A stretch of 64,000 nt of DNA from positions 263,185 to 327,184 of the forward strand of contig OZ223191.1 of assembly GCA_965140355.1 (NCBI GenBank). Reading direction: 5' to 3'. The position numbers were made by a program, and so were the translations under genes. The notes below the pieces were generated by a model, which was not told the origin of the DNA, made no database searches, and saw nothing but the letters and a program-made list of their open reading frames with translations. The DNA is from an uncultured Acetobacterium sp. (GTDB taxonomy: Bacteria > Bacillota > Clostridia > Eubacteriales > Eubacteriaceae). Positions 18,012-27,850 of this stretch are shown here, piece after piece; the stretch's first letter is position 1; every line of letters starts with the position of its first letter.

Positions 18012-20582
18012 TTAGATTGTTTCGATAGTTTCTAACAGCGGTAGTGCGGCAGCAAGGTTTTCACTTACTTGATTTTCAATTAATTTTTCAAGAACAATCT
18101 GGGGGTCCATTTCCAGAATGGTTCGGTCAGAACCGTCGGTTAAGCAAATAATGCCGGTTATTGCAGATGAAATTTCGACGGGTTGAATATCTGCTAAATT
18201 AATTTCAAGAACACTACCTAATTTTTCAACTTGAATTGCGATCATTTCGTCATCAGTTAGTTGAAGCATCAGGAGATGCAAAGGATTAAGGCTGGGGATA
18301 TCTTTGTCAAAGAGCGCAAGGGCATCAACTACAGCATAATACTGATCATTGAATTCAACAGCACCTTTAATAACCGCGTTTGTGCCGGGCATTGAAATTG
18401 TTTTACTGGCTTCCAGTGCTTCAACAACGTAAGTTTGTTCGATGCCGTAAACTTGTCCATTGATGACAAAAGTGGCCAGCTTTTTTAGATCGCTTGCTGC
18501 GGAAAAAGAAAAATCAGATTGTTCTATTTCCTTATCAGTGTTTTCGGTTACGGTGATTTCAGAATAATCCGCCATTTTTTCTAAAACAAAGGCAATTACG
18601 TCGTTGTGATAGCCATCCGATTTTTTGTACTCACGATAACTGGTTGAGCAAGCACAACCAACTGAATAATAACTATTTTCATAAACCAGAATTTCAGACC
18701 GGGTTTCACCGTTGGGGACGGTAAAAAGCTGATCGGGGAGATTGAGGATACTCCCAACTTGGTAGGCATCATTGGTTGAAGAAATAATTTGTTTTTGGCG
18801 GTCGGTAAAGACAGCAAAGGTGTCATTATCAGGATTCAACGATTCTTGCAGGATGTGTTTAAATTGACATTCGCTATCAAAAACAGTACCAATACCGCCA
18901 ACGATACGGTTTGGATTATTAAAATCAGTAATAGTGGCACCATAAATATAAGTATAGCGATTATCATATAAATCGGTTTGTTCAAATGGTGAAACAAAAT
19001 ATTTTTCAGGGTTTGTGTTTGATAATATTTCACTAATATAGGGATTGACTAATTGTTTGCCGAGAGCTTCTGATTGATTGGGATTAGAGACAGCAATAAT
19101 GGTTCCATCTTTATCAAAAATAAACAAATTATTATAAACAGTGTAAAGGTTATTGATATAAATCAAAATATCGGTTAAGGTTTTTTGATGATCAGAACTA
19201 ATTTTTTCTTGGGAAAGGATTCCTCTGATAGTTGAATCTAATGCCCACCAACGACAGTCATTAGCCCGTTCATATAAGTTTCGATCCATAATATCAGCAC
19301 AAAGCGATGCCAGAAAACTGGTGTCAACAAGGCTGGTCGAAACGACTGTTGAAAATAGATTGGCAACTGAGCTTTGAAATAAACTGCTGGTATTTGATCC
19401 GATGCGGCCAATTGCTCTTAAAATTGGTTTAAGGCGAGAATATTCTTCGTCAATATGATCATCTTTGGAAATAATCTGACCGTTGTAGACGATCCGTTTA
19501 AGGGATCCATTAATGGTTTGGGTCTTTTGAATGATGGCATTCAGTTCGGTAGAAAAAGAATCCGCTTGATGCATTAAACCCAAAGTAACCGAAGAATCGA
19601 TAGTTTTTAGATTTTGATTATCATGAAAGGCGAGATTGAGAGGGAGCATGATATGACCTTTCCAACCGAGTCCAAAATAATTCTGGTATCCCAAGGTAGG
19701 GATCGTTTTTGCAATATAAGCAGAACCACGATAATAAACAATACCGTTGACGTCAGATTCGACCGGTTCGATTACTGTATCGACAGGAACATGATTTATA
19801 TCGCTGCTGGCAATAACGGTATTGGTATCATCAATAATAGTAATCACCGAACCATCATAATCATTGGTTAACTTTTCAAAGATTTGCGTCATTTCATTTT
19901 CAAATCGAAAACATAAACAAATCAAACCAATCGTTTGTGAAGTGTCCTTACGACAGATTCGACTTGAAAAGATATGAGAATTTCTATTGCCATATTGGAG
20001 TTTTGAGTTTTTAAAATACTCTACAAAAGGTACATTACCTTCCATTGTTTTGATGAGGTTAGGTCCCGCAATTCGTTTTCCTAATATTTCGTTTTGTTCA
20101 TCCAGATTGGCCAGAACACGATAATTACTATCAAGAACAATAATATCTTCATAAACAGAATATTTCGCCACATAATCACGCATGCGATTTAAAATTAAAG
20201 TGCGATCACTGTCGGTACGCTCGGGATTATCGACAAAAAGACGAATATCGTTATCCGTTGCCAGAAACCCGATATCGGCAGTTCGTTCGAATAAGTTACG
20301 AATTAGGATATCGATGGCGACTTGCGTTTTTGAAGTGATTTTTTGTTCCATTTTTTTAAGTTTCTCTGAGACCAGAGTATCGACTAATTCTTGTTGTAAA
20401 TCAATAAAACCGGATTGAATTTTAGTCATATTTGGGAGCACGCTTTTAGATTGAATGGGACAATTTATTTCAGACAATAGTTTGATATTATCCCACTGAT
20501 TATTTAATGACGAAATATGGTCATTGCATTCCTGAACATCAGGCATGTGACTTAAAAAATATTTTTGTTTGCGTATTATCAT
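18012..20582 (-). CDS. Soluble sensor-like protein with duplicated Cache-like domains and a C-terminal CheW domain
   Basis: Two repeats (RNLFERTAD...YSVYEDIIVLD and RNLYERAND...YTVYNNLFIFD); C-terminal LATFVINGQVYGI...EAL CheW pattern; no obvious transmembrane helix. Confidence 0.65.
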   Translation of the reverse strand: MIIRKQKYFLSHMPDVQECNDHISSLNNQWDNIKLLSEINCPIQSKSVLPNMTKIQSGFIDLQQELVDTLVSEKLKKMEQKITSKTQVAIDILIRNLFERTADIGFLATDNDIRLFVDNPERTDSDRTLILNRMRDYVAKYSVYEDIIVLDSNYRVLANLDEQNEILGKRIAGPNLIKTMEGNVPFVEYFKNSKLQYGNRNSHIFSSRICRKDTSQTIGLICLCFRFENEMTQIFEKLTNDYDGSVITIIDDTNTVIASSDINHVPVDTVIEPVESDVNGIVYYRGSAYIAKTIPTLGYQNYFGLGWKGHIMLPLNLAFHDNQNLKTIDSSVTLGLMHQADSFSTELNAIIQKTQTINGSLKRIVYNGQIISKDDHIDEEYSRLKPILRAIGRIGSNTSSLFQSSVANLFSTVVSTSLVDTSFLASLCADIMDRNLYERANDCRWWALDSTIRGILSQEKISSDHQKTLTDILIYINNLYTVYNNLFIFDKDGTIIAVSNPNQSEALGKQLVNPYISEILSNTNPEKYFVSPFEQTDLYDNRYTYIYGATITDFNNPNRIVGGIGTVFDSECQFKHILQESLNPDNDTFAVFTDRQKQIISSTNDAYQVGSILNLPDQLFTVPNGETRSEILVYENSYYSVGCACSTSYREYKKSDGYHNDVIAFVLEKMADYSEITVTENTDKEIEQSDFSFSAASDLKKLATFVINGQVYGIEQTYVVEALEASKTISMPGTNAVIKGAVEFNDQYYAVVDALALFDKDIPSLNPLHLLMLQLTDDEMIAIQVEKLGSVLEINLADIQPVEISSAITGIICLTDGSDRTILEMDPQIVLEKLIENQVSENLAAALPLLETIETI

Positions 20583-20770
20583 GATCTATTCTCCTATTTA
20601 ATAAAAAAGATGCTCAGTGGTAAAATGATCCCAAATCAAGCATCTTAATTATGATTATAATTATTAATAAATGTATCATTATTTTGGTTTATTTGCAAGA
20701 ATTATGGCAGATAATAATTTGCTGAAAAAAATTAAACATAGTAGAATAGTAGCGGTTAGTAATTGAACAG

Positions 20771-22327
20771 CTAATCAAACATCAAGTGTTCTAAAAAATC
20801 GAGGTCTTCTTGATTGGGTAAATTTTTGCTGGATAGCCGTCCGTCAAAGACCATGATATATTTATTCTCCGGATCGAATTTTGGCCAGATGATTTGGCCT
20901 TTGTAGGATTTTTTAAAGTTTGGATTGCCGGATTTGATAAAGTTTACCCATGATTGTTGCATGATCCAAGATAAATTGCTGATTTTAGTGGTTCGTCGTT
21001 GCCCAATGCCATTGCCAAATACGAAGGGCAGCTCCATCCCATGGGCGGTGTTTAAGCCAACTATTTTTAGAATCGCGGGATCATAATCAAAATTATAAAA
21101 ATAGACATCAAGACCCAAACCGGCATATACAGCAGCCATCATCACCATGCCAATTAAAAAAGCCGAATAGGTATAAATTTCTTGAGCTCTTGCCAGGGGG
21201 GGATGATTGTCGTCAACAAAAAAATAATCCAATACCTGGGGAGCATTTTCAGGACCGAAAATATGAAAGCATAACATTTGAAAGATCCCAAGGTTAGTAT
21301 GTCCTTTAATAAATAATGAAGATTCGTTGGTGTTATAACCAATTAAAATGTTCACTTTATTAATTTTGCCATTTTTAAGGGCGGCGACCGGATCTTTCGG
21401 GAGAACAATACCATCATAGACGGGCCAAAAGCCGAAGGCATTTGGCACGGTAGACTGGTTTGACTTAACCATTGATAATGCCGCAAAAATATCGCCAGGC
21501 AGTTTCCTCAAATCAGGAAGTCCATCTTTTGAATCATCAATGCCGTATAAGTCACAAAAGAGTTTTCCATTATCAAGTGTTTTTTTCATATCGCCGCGGT
21601 TGAGCACGGAAAATGCCGAGATTGAAAAAATAGATCCGCTTTCAACGATGGCTTGATGGAAAAGCCCGTTGGCTAACGGCGAAAGCATCAGCGCCGTAAC
21701 ACTGTAGGCACCAGCCGATTGGCCACCAATGGTAACTTGATTTGGATCACCACCAAAAGTTGCGATGTTTTTTTGAATCCAACGAAGCGCTTGAATTTGA
21801 TCAAGCAGTCCGTAATTGCCGGTCATACCGGCTTCTTCTAAAAGCCCGCGGGTGGCCAAAAAACCTAAAGCGCCAAGCCGATAATTTATGGTTACCACGA
21901 TTACGCCTTCTTGAGCCATCCGCCCGCCGTCATAGAGAATCTCCGATCCTGAACCGGAAGAGAAAGCGCCACCATGAATAAAGACGTAAACGGGATAGCG
22001 TTCGGTAGATGCGGTCGCTGGCGTCCAGATATTCAGAAACAGGCAGTCTTCACTTTTACCATCCATTTGATAAGTATTTGGCGAATCAACTGTAATTCCG
22101 CCCATTTGCAGTGATGAAGGGCCATACTTTGAACAATCCCGCACGTCTTTCCAGGGCGGCATTGGATCGGGTGCTTTGAAACGCCTTTCTCCGATCGGTG
22201 GCATGGCATAAGGAATACCTTTATAACTGAATACGCCTTTTTTAAATTGGCCTTGGACAGGACCACAGGGCGGATTGAGGATCGGGTGCTTTGAGGATTC
22301 GTTTTTTTGGGTATTAAAAAATAGCAT
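20771..22327 (-). CDS. Type-B carboxylesterase (para-nitrobenzyl esterase-like)
   Basis: GIPYA.PP.G..RF, EDCLFLNIW, HGGAF, nucleophile motif GQSAG. Confidence 0.92.
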   Translation of the reverse strand: MLFFNTQKNESSKHPILNPPCGPVQGQFKKGVFSYKGIPYAMPPIGERRFKAPDPMPPWKDVRDCSKYGPSSLQMGGITVDSPNTYQMDGKSEDCLFLNIWTPATASTERYPVYVFIHGGAFSSGSGSEILYDGGRMAQEGVIVVTINYRLGALGFLATRGLLEEAGMTGNYGLLDQIQALRWIQKNIATFGGDPNQVTIGGQSAGAYSVTALMLSPLANGLFHQAIVESGSIFSISAFSVLNRGDMKKTLDNGKLFCDLYGIDDSKDGLPDLRKLPGDIFAALSMVKSNQSTVPNAFGFWPVYDGIVLPKDPVAALKNGKINKVNILIGYNTNESSLFIKGHTNLGIFQMLCFHIFGPENAPQVLDYFFVDDNHPPLARAQEIYTYSAFLIGMVMMAAVYAGLGLDVYFYNFDYDPAILKIVGLNTAHGMELPFVFGNGIGQRRTTKISNLSWIMQQSWVNFIKSGNPNFKKSYKGQIIWPKFDPENKYIMVFDGRLSSKNLPNQEDLDFLEHLMFD

Positions 22328-22356
22328 GCGATGCTCCTTTATGTTAGTAAACTATT

Positions 22357-23607
22357 TTATTTGGAATATTGAATAGGACTGCGCAGGTAATCTTGATGGT
22401 AACAATATTTGTTTTCATAAAATTGATTATGCAGGTCTGTTGCTCGACAATCATAGTATAGCATTTTTTCTTGCATCGAAGAAAGCTTAAATCGGCTATT
22501 TTTCAAGTTGGTGATAATCGGCAGTTCCGTGTTAGCTTTGATTTGTTTGAGTATCATTCGACCTTTTTCAGTGAAACCTAATACCCGCAGGTAAGGAAGA
22601 AACGATTCCGCCTGAAAACTGCTAAGCGTTTCTTTATCTAATTCTAAAAGCCGATTAGCCAGAATCCGGCGGACTCGCGATTGTGGGATTCGTTTAGAAA
22701 TAATGGCATTGATGCAATCGTCTAGAGTGGGGGCGGTTTTAAACGCATCTCTGATTTTATGTTCAAGCCCTTCACTGACATAGGGTGTGTTTTTTAGATG
22801 ACCAACATCCCGCGATAGAATTTGCAGGCGAAGGGCATTGAGAAAATTTTTATCACCCTCGGGATTATAGTTATTTTTAAAGGGCAGATATAAATCATTT
22901 ATTGCGTAGGGAAGTTTATTTTCTAAAGATTTTAGGCTTGTCGTTTCTGACTTAGGATCAATACGCGCTGCTTTTAAAATATTACGGATGCCGCTGGCGC
23001 TAAGAAATTCGGCGGGTATTAAGCTATGATAATCCGCACCTCGCCGTTTGACCGTCATTGGTCTGATTTTACTGTGACTTTTATCCAAGGCTTTGAGGTA
23101 TTCAAGCGCCAAGATGTTATTCGGTGTTTTTAACAGATCGCTTGCTTCACTACCCAGAAATGAGCGGATTGCTAATTCTCTTGCTTTGGCAAAAGAAACG
23201 CCGGTAGTGAGTGCTTCTTTAAGGTTGGTTTTGAATTCATCAGGTTCGGAAACTAAAGTTTGGGCCAGATTAGCCAGCGGTTTTAGATGCCCAAATTCAG
23301 AACCAAAAGACACGACATCAACAACACCAGTGGCGTTAAAAATTTTAATGCCGCCTTGCGCAAAAGCTTCGGCACTTTGGCAGGCGTATCCAAAGGGCAG
23401 TTCACAGACCAGGTCAACACCGGAAGTTAAGGCCAAATGTGTGCGCTCCCATTTATTTAATAAGGCAAAGTCACCGCGCTGGGTGATGCTGCCACTCATC
23501 AAAACCATGACGCCGTCACAATGACTTTCTTTTTTTGAATGGTTTATTTGCCAATAATGACCACTGTGAAATGGATTATATTCAACGATGATACCAAGAA
23601 TTTTCAT
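22357..23607 (-). CDS. tmcAL: tRNA(Met) cytidine acetate ligase (YlbM nucleotidyltransferase)
   Basis: GIIVEYNPFHSGH, QRGD, PNNILALEY; divergent from ackA. Confidence 0.88.
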   Translation of the reverse strand: MKILGIIVEYNPFHSGHYWQINHSKKESHCDGVMVLMSGSITQRGDFALLNKWERTHLALTSGVDLVCELPFGYACQSAEAFAQGGIKIFNATGVVDVVSFGSEFGHLKPLANLAQTLVSEPDEFKTNLKEALTTGVSFAKARELAIRSFLGSEASDLLKTPNNILALEYLKALDKSHSKIRPMTVKRRGADYHSLIPAEFLSASGIRNILKAARIDPKSETTSLKSLENKLPYAINDLYLPFKNNYNPEGDKNFLNALRLQILSRDVGHLKNTPYVSEGLEHKIRDAFKTAPTLDDCINAIISKRIPQSRVRRILANRLLELDKETLSSFQAESFLPYLRVLGFTEKGRMILKQIKANTELPIITNLKNSRFKLSSMQEKMLYYDCRATDLHNQFYENKYCYHQDYLRSPIQYSK

Positions 23608-23755
23608 GAGAACCTTTCATTTGTGAAAAAAATAGCAATTTTTTTATTTATTATCAATACATGACAAAAAAATAATGGTATTATGGATATATAACTGTTA
23701 TTATATAGAACGTATGAAATGTATTCAATAAAAAACTAAAGGAGAGTATTTATTA

Positions 23756-24946
23756 ATGAATGTACTTGTTATTAATTGTGGTAGTTCTTCACTAAAATAT
23801 CAACTGCTTGATATGACCAATGAAGAAGTTTTAGCAAAAGGTTTAGTCGAAAGAATTGGTATTGAAGGATCGATTTTGGTTCATGAAGCTCCGGGTCAAG
23901 ACAAAGTGAAATTGGAACAACCAATGAAAACGCATAAAGAAGCATTAAACCTTGTCATGGCTGCTTTGGTAGATCCGAATCATGGGGTCGTCAAGACGTT
24001 AGAAGAAATTTCAGCAGTTGGTCATCGAGCTGTTCATGGGGCTGAAACTTTTTCTGATTCAGTGGTTATTGATGATGCTGTTATTAAAAGTCTGGAAGAA
24101 TGTTCAGAATTAGCACCACTTCACAATCCGGCAAACCTGATTGGTATTAACGCTTGCCGGGAATTATTGCCAAATGCACCAATGGTCGCAGTGTTTGATA
24201 CTGCTTTCCATCAGACATTACCAGGCGAAGCTTTTATGTATCCACTACCTTATGAACTATATGAAAAATTTAAAATTAGAAAATATGGTTTCCATGGAAC
24301 ATCGCATAAATTTGTTGGTTTAGCGGCAGCTGAATTAATGGGTAAAAAAATTGAAGATTTGAAACTAATTTCTTGTCATTTAGGGAATGGAGCCAGTCTT
24401 TGCGCGATTAAAAATGGAAAATCAGTTGATACTTCAATGGGATTAACACCACTGGCCGGATTAGAAATGGGAACCCGTTGTGGCGATATTGATCCAGCGA
24501 TTATTCCTTTCTTAGTGAATAAAGGTTATTCAGTTGAAGAAGTGGATACCATTATGAATAAAAAATCGGGTGTTTTAGGTGTTTCTGGGATCAGCTCTGA
24601 CTTCCGTGATATCGAAAGTGCTGCCGATAAAGGCGATAAACGCGCGCAATTAGCATTGGATATTTTCCATTATCGGGTCAGAATAACGATTGGTGCATAT
24701 GTTGCTGCAATGGACGGGGTTGATGGTATTATCTTCACTGCTGGTTTAGGCGAAAACTCAACCACATCCCGTGCAGCAATTTGCGGTGGATTAAAATATT
24801 TTGGGATTGTTTTAAATCCGGTTGAAAACAGTAAGCGAGGACAAGCAACAATTATTTCTGAAAAAGAATCTAAAGTAACGGTTATGGTTATTCCAACGAA
24901 TGAGGAATTGATGATTGCCCGAGACACCCTTGCTTTAGTAAAATAA
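23756..24946 (+). CDS. ackA: Acetate kinase
   Basis: [43 protein letters not shown]. Confidence 0.97.
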   Translation: MNVLVINCGSSSLKYQLLDMTNEEVLAKGLVERIGIEGSILVHEAPGQDKVKLEQPMKTHKEALNLVMAALVDPNHGVVKTLEEISAVGHRAVHGAETFSDSVVIDDAVIKSLEECSELAPLHNPANLIGINACRELLPNAPMVAVFDTAFHQTLPGEAFMYPLPYELYEKFKIRKYGFHGTSHKFVGLAAAELMGKKIEDLKLISCHLGNGASLCAIKNGKSVDTSMGLTPLAGLEMGTRCGDIDPAIIPFLVNKGYSVEEVDTIMNKKSGVLGVSGISSDFRDIESAADKGDKRAQLALDIFHYRVRITIGAYVAAMDGVDGIIFTAGLGENSTTSRAAICGGLKYFGIVLNPVENSKRGQATIISEKESKVTVMVIPTNEELMIARDTLALVK

Positions 24947-24961
24947 TGTAAAGTATTTCAC

Positions 24962-24990
24962 TTGACAAAACGGGCAATCGTCTATATAAT
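24962..24990 (+). promoter_or_regulatory. Consensus sigma-A promoter for yceD-rpmF
   Basis: TTGACA, 17 bp spacer, TATAAT. Confidence 0.8.
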
Positions 24991-25016
24991 GATGATTGCC
25001 CGTTTGGAGTGATAAA

Positions 25017-25475
25017 ATGAATTTTGAAATCAATAAGCTATTACAGGAAAAAATAATCCCTTTTGAATTTGGTGTAAAAAATACGGATTTAAATGACATC
25101 GAGGGAGAACTGAACAAAAATGGTGCATTGGTTCGTGGAACGATTGAGAAATTGGCTAAAGGCACATTTCTTGTGAATTTTACCGTCGAGATGACCATGA
25201 TCTATCCCTGTGCGCGTTGCCTAGAACCAACCCCAATCGATTGTCGTTATGACTATTCAGACACGGTAACGGTTGAAGATGATGTGACAATTCTAGATCT
25301 ATTGCCCGTCGTTGAAGAATGCATTTATATTAATGAGCCTTTCCGTGTATTGTGCAGTGATGATTGTGCGGGTTTGTGTCCAAAATGTGGCAATAATTTA
25401 AATCACGAACAATGTGAATGTGACAAATTTGGTGATTATGATCCTCGATTTGAAGCATTGAAAGATTTATTGTAA
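25017..25475 (+). CDS. yceD: YceD/DUF177 ribosome-biogenesis protein
   Basis: CARCL; LCSDDCAGLCPKCG; DPRFEAL; lies upstream of rpmF. Confidence 0.88.
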   Translation: MNFEINKLLQEKIIPFEFGVKNTDLNDIEGELNKNGALVRGTIEKLAKGTFLVNFTVEMTMIYPCARCLEPTPIDCRYDYSDTVTVEDDVTILDLLPVVEECIYINEPFRVLCSDDCAGLCPKCGNNLNHEQCECDKFGDYDPRFEALKDLL

Positions 25476-25508
25476 GTGAAATGACTTTATTATTAGGAGG
25501 TGTAAGTG

Positions 25509-25688
25509 ATGGCTGTACCAAAGAGAAAAACTTCAAAGTCAAGAAGAGACAAAAGAAGAACGCATTACAAATTAAATATTCCAGGAATGAGTACTTGTCC
25601 CAAATGTGGTGAAATAAAAATACCGCATCGTGTTTGCAAGTCTTGTGGCACATACAAAGATACTAGCGTAATCAGCTTTAACGAATAA
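25509..25688 (+). CDS. rpmF: 50S ribosomal protein L32 (Zn-binding type)
   Basis: [17 protein letters not shown]; CPKCG...HRVCKSCG. Confidence 0.97.
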   Translation: MAVPKRKTSKSRRDKRRTHYKLNIPGMSTCPKCGEIKIPHRVCKSCGTYKDTSVISFNE

Positions 25689-25712
25689 ACAGAGTTTAGA
25701 CTCTGTTTTTTC
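25687..25712 (+). terminator. Terminator after rpmF
   Basis: AACAGAGT-TTAG-ACTCTGTT followed by a T run. Confidence 0.7.
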
Positions 25713-25797
25713 TCTATCTGGGATTATTTTTTTATCAATAGTATTTACTGTGTAGATTTTTTCTGGGATAATAGACAGATATAAAGGAGGCGTAATT

Positions 25798-26793
25798 TTG
25801 AATATTTTTTTAGATGCCATGGGTGGCGATCATGCTCCTTACGAAATCGTAAAGGGAGCAATTGATGCAGTTAAAGAATATGATGTATCATTAACGCTTG
25901 TGGGTCAAAAGTCGGCAATTGAAGCTGAACTTTCAAAATACGAGTACCCTATAGATAAAATTGAAATTCTGCATGCGGAAACGGTTATTGAAAACACTGA
26001 AGAACCAGCAATGGCAATTCGACGAAAACCGGATTCTTCATTGGTTGTTGCTTTGGATGAAATGAAAAAAAGAGAAAATGCGGTGTTGATATCGGCGGGA
26101 AGTACCGGTGCGCTTTTATCGGGTGGGTTATTAAAACTGGGCCGAATTAAAGGCATAAAACGCCCGGCTTTGGCAGCGACGCTGCCTAAAAGCGACGGTG
26201 TTTTTGTCCTGATTGACACCGGTGCTAATGCTGATTGTAAGCCAGAGTATCTGGAACAATTTGCCCAACTGGGGAAGATTTATTCAGAAAATGTTTTAGG
26301 TAAAAAAAATCCGGGAATCGGTTTAATCAATATTGGTGCTGAAGCAAAAAAAGGAAACAGCCTTGTTAAAGCTTCCTATGAGCTTTTGGAAGCTGGAGAA
26401 TTTAATTTTTTGGGCAATGTCGAAGCGCGCGATATTCCAGAAACTAAAGCAGACGTTTTAGTATGCGATGGTTTCACCGGCAATATTGTATTGAAATTAA
26501 CCGAGGGTATTGCCGAGTATCTACTAAAGGGAATCAAGACATCAATTATGAGCAACTCAAAAGGCAAAATTGGCGGAATGTTAATTAAAGACAATCTAAA
26601 AAGTTTTAAAAAACAATTCGATTATGCGGAATATGGTGGGGCTCCTTTTTTAGGTGTGAAAGGCGGAATCATTAAAGCTCACGGTAGCAGTGATGCTTTT
26701 GCAATTAAAAATGCAATTAGACAGAGTATTAAATTTATTGAAAATGATGTGCTACAAAAAATAACTGATAATGTAAAAAAAATGGAGGCTTAA
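25798..26793 (+). CDS. plsX: Phosphate acyltransferase PlsX
   Basis: DAMGGDHAP, SAGSTGA, DTGANAD, KAHGSS; TTG start with RBS. Confidence 0.97.
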   Translation: MNIFLDAMGGDHAPYEIVKGAIDAVKEYDVSLTLVGQKSAIEAELSKYEYPIDKIEILHAETVIENTEEPAMAIRRKPDSSLVVALDEMKKRENAVLISAGSTGALLSGGLLKLGRIKGIKRPALAATLPKSDGVFVLIDTGANADCKPEYLEQFAQLGKIYSENVLGKKNPGIGLINIGAEAKKGNSLVKASYELLEAGEFNFLGNVEARDIPETKADVLVCDGFTGNIVLKLTEGIAEYLLKGIKTSIMSNSKGKIGGMLIKDNLKSFKKQFDYAEYGGAPFLGVKGGIIKAHGSSDAFAIKNAIRQSIKFIENDVLQKITDNVKKMEA

Positions 26794-26796
26794 GTC

Positions 26797-27021
26797 ATGG
26801 ATGAACGATTTTTAAAAGTTACTGCAATTATTTCAGAACAACTTGATGTTGAGATTGAAAAAATTACACTTGAAACCTCACTCATTGATGATCTGGAAGC
26901 AGATTCATTGGATGTTGTTGAGTTGATTATGGCATTTGAAGACGAATTTGGAACAAAAATTGATGAAACAGCATTAGAAAATATCCAAACAGTTGACGAT
27001 ATTATTAACGCAATTTCATAG
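26797..27021 (+). CDS. acpP: Acyl carrier protein
   Basis: DLEADSLDVVEL phosphopantetheine site. Confidence 0.97.
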   Translation: MDERFLKVTAIISEQLDVEIEKITLETSLIDDLEADSLDVVELIMAFEDEFGTKIDETALENIQTVDDIINAIS

Positions 27022-27173
27022 TAAAAAATCAGTAGGTGCTGTTGTAAATCGATAGCACCTTTAATAAATAATTGTGTCAGACCCGAAATTTCGCAGGATT
27101 GGCAGTTGTGACTGGGAATAACGAGGAACACCGATGGTGTGTTGATCTCGTGATCATTAAGGGGGGATATTAA

Positions 27174-27836
27174 GTGACAATCGAAGAAAAGATCGATTAT
27201 CGTTTCAAAAAAAAAGAATTATTGAAAATTGCATTAACGCACAGTTCGCATTCAGGTAATTCAACAAATAATGAACGGCTCGAATTCTTGGGGGATGCAG
27301 TATTGGAACTGATTATCAGTGAGTATTTATTTTTATCTCACAAATTATCTGAAGGTAAGATGACGAAAATCCGTTCCAATATTGTATGTGCCGAGTCTCT
27401 TTCTAAAGCAGCATATGAGCTCCAACTGGGGGATCATATTTTTTTGGGAAAAGGCGAAATTGTAACCGGCGGAAGGCAACGCAAATCGAATCTAGCCAAT
27501 GCCTTTGAGGCATTAATTGGTGCCGTTTTTTTGGATAGCAATTTTGAAACAACCAGGAAAGTGGTATTAGAGATTTTAGCTAGTAACATCCAGCTCGCAT
27601 TATCGGGTGCTTTAGTAAAAGATTATAAAACAGAATTACAAGAATATATCCAAAAAAATAATGATAACGTAATTGAATATATTTTAGACCGATCCGAAGG
27701 ACCGGAGCACAACAAAACCTTTTATATTAATTTAATTTTTAATGGTAACTGTGTTAGCCATGGAATTGGAAAAAGTAAAAAAGAAGGGGAGCAGGATGCT
27801 GCTAAAAATTATTTAATTAAGGCTAGAAAAATATAA
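27174..27836 (+). CDS. rnc: Ribonuclease III
   Basis: NERLEFLGDAVL; C-terminal dsRBD starting DYKTELQE. Confidence 0.97.
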   Translation: MTIEEKIDYRFKKKELLKIALTHSSHSGNSTNNERLEFLGDAVLELIISEYLFLSHKLSEGKMTKIRSNIVCAESLSKAAYELQLGDHIFLGKGEIVTGGRQRKSNLANAFEALIGAVFLDSNFETTRKVVLEILASNIQLALSGALVKDYKTELQEYIQKNNDNVIEYILDRSEGPEHNKTFYINLIFNGNCVSHGIGKSKKEGEQDAAKNYLIKARKI

Positions 27837-27850
27837 ATTGAGGTGAGGGC

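Noticed and set aside
14824-22356. tRNA-anchored genomic island or prophage
   Set aside because: The genes look accessory, but I saw no integrase, phage genes or duplicated tRNA 3' end (checked by eye only).
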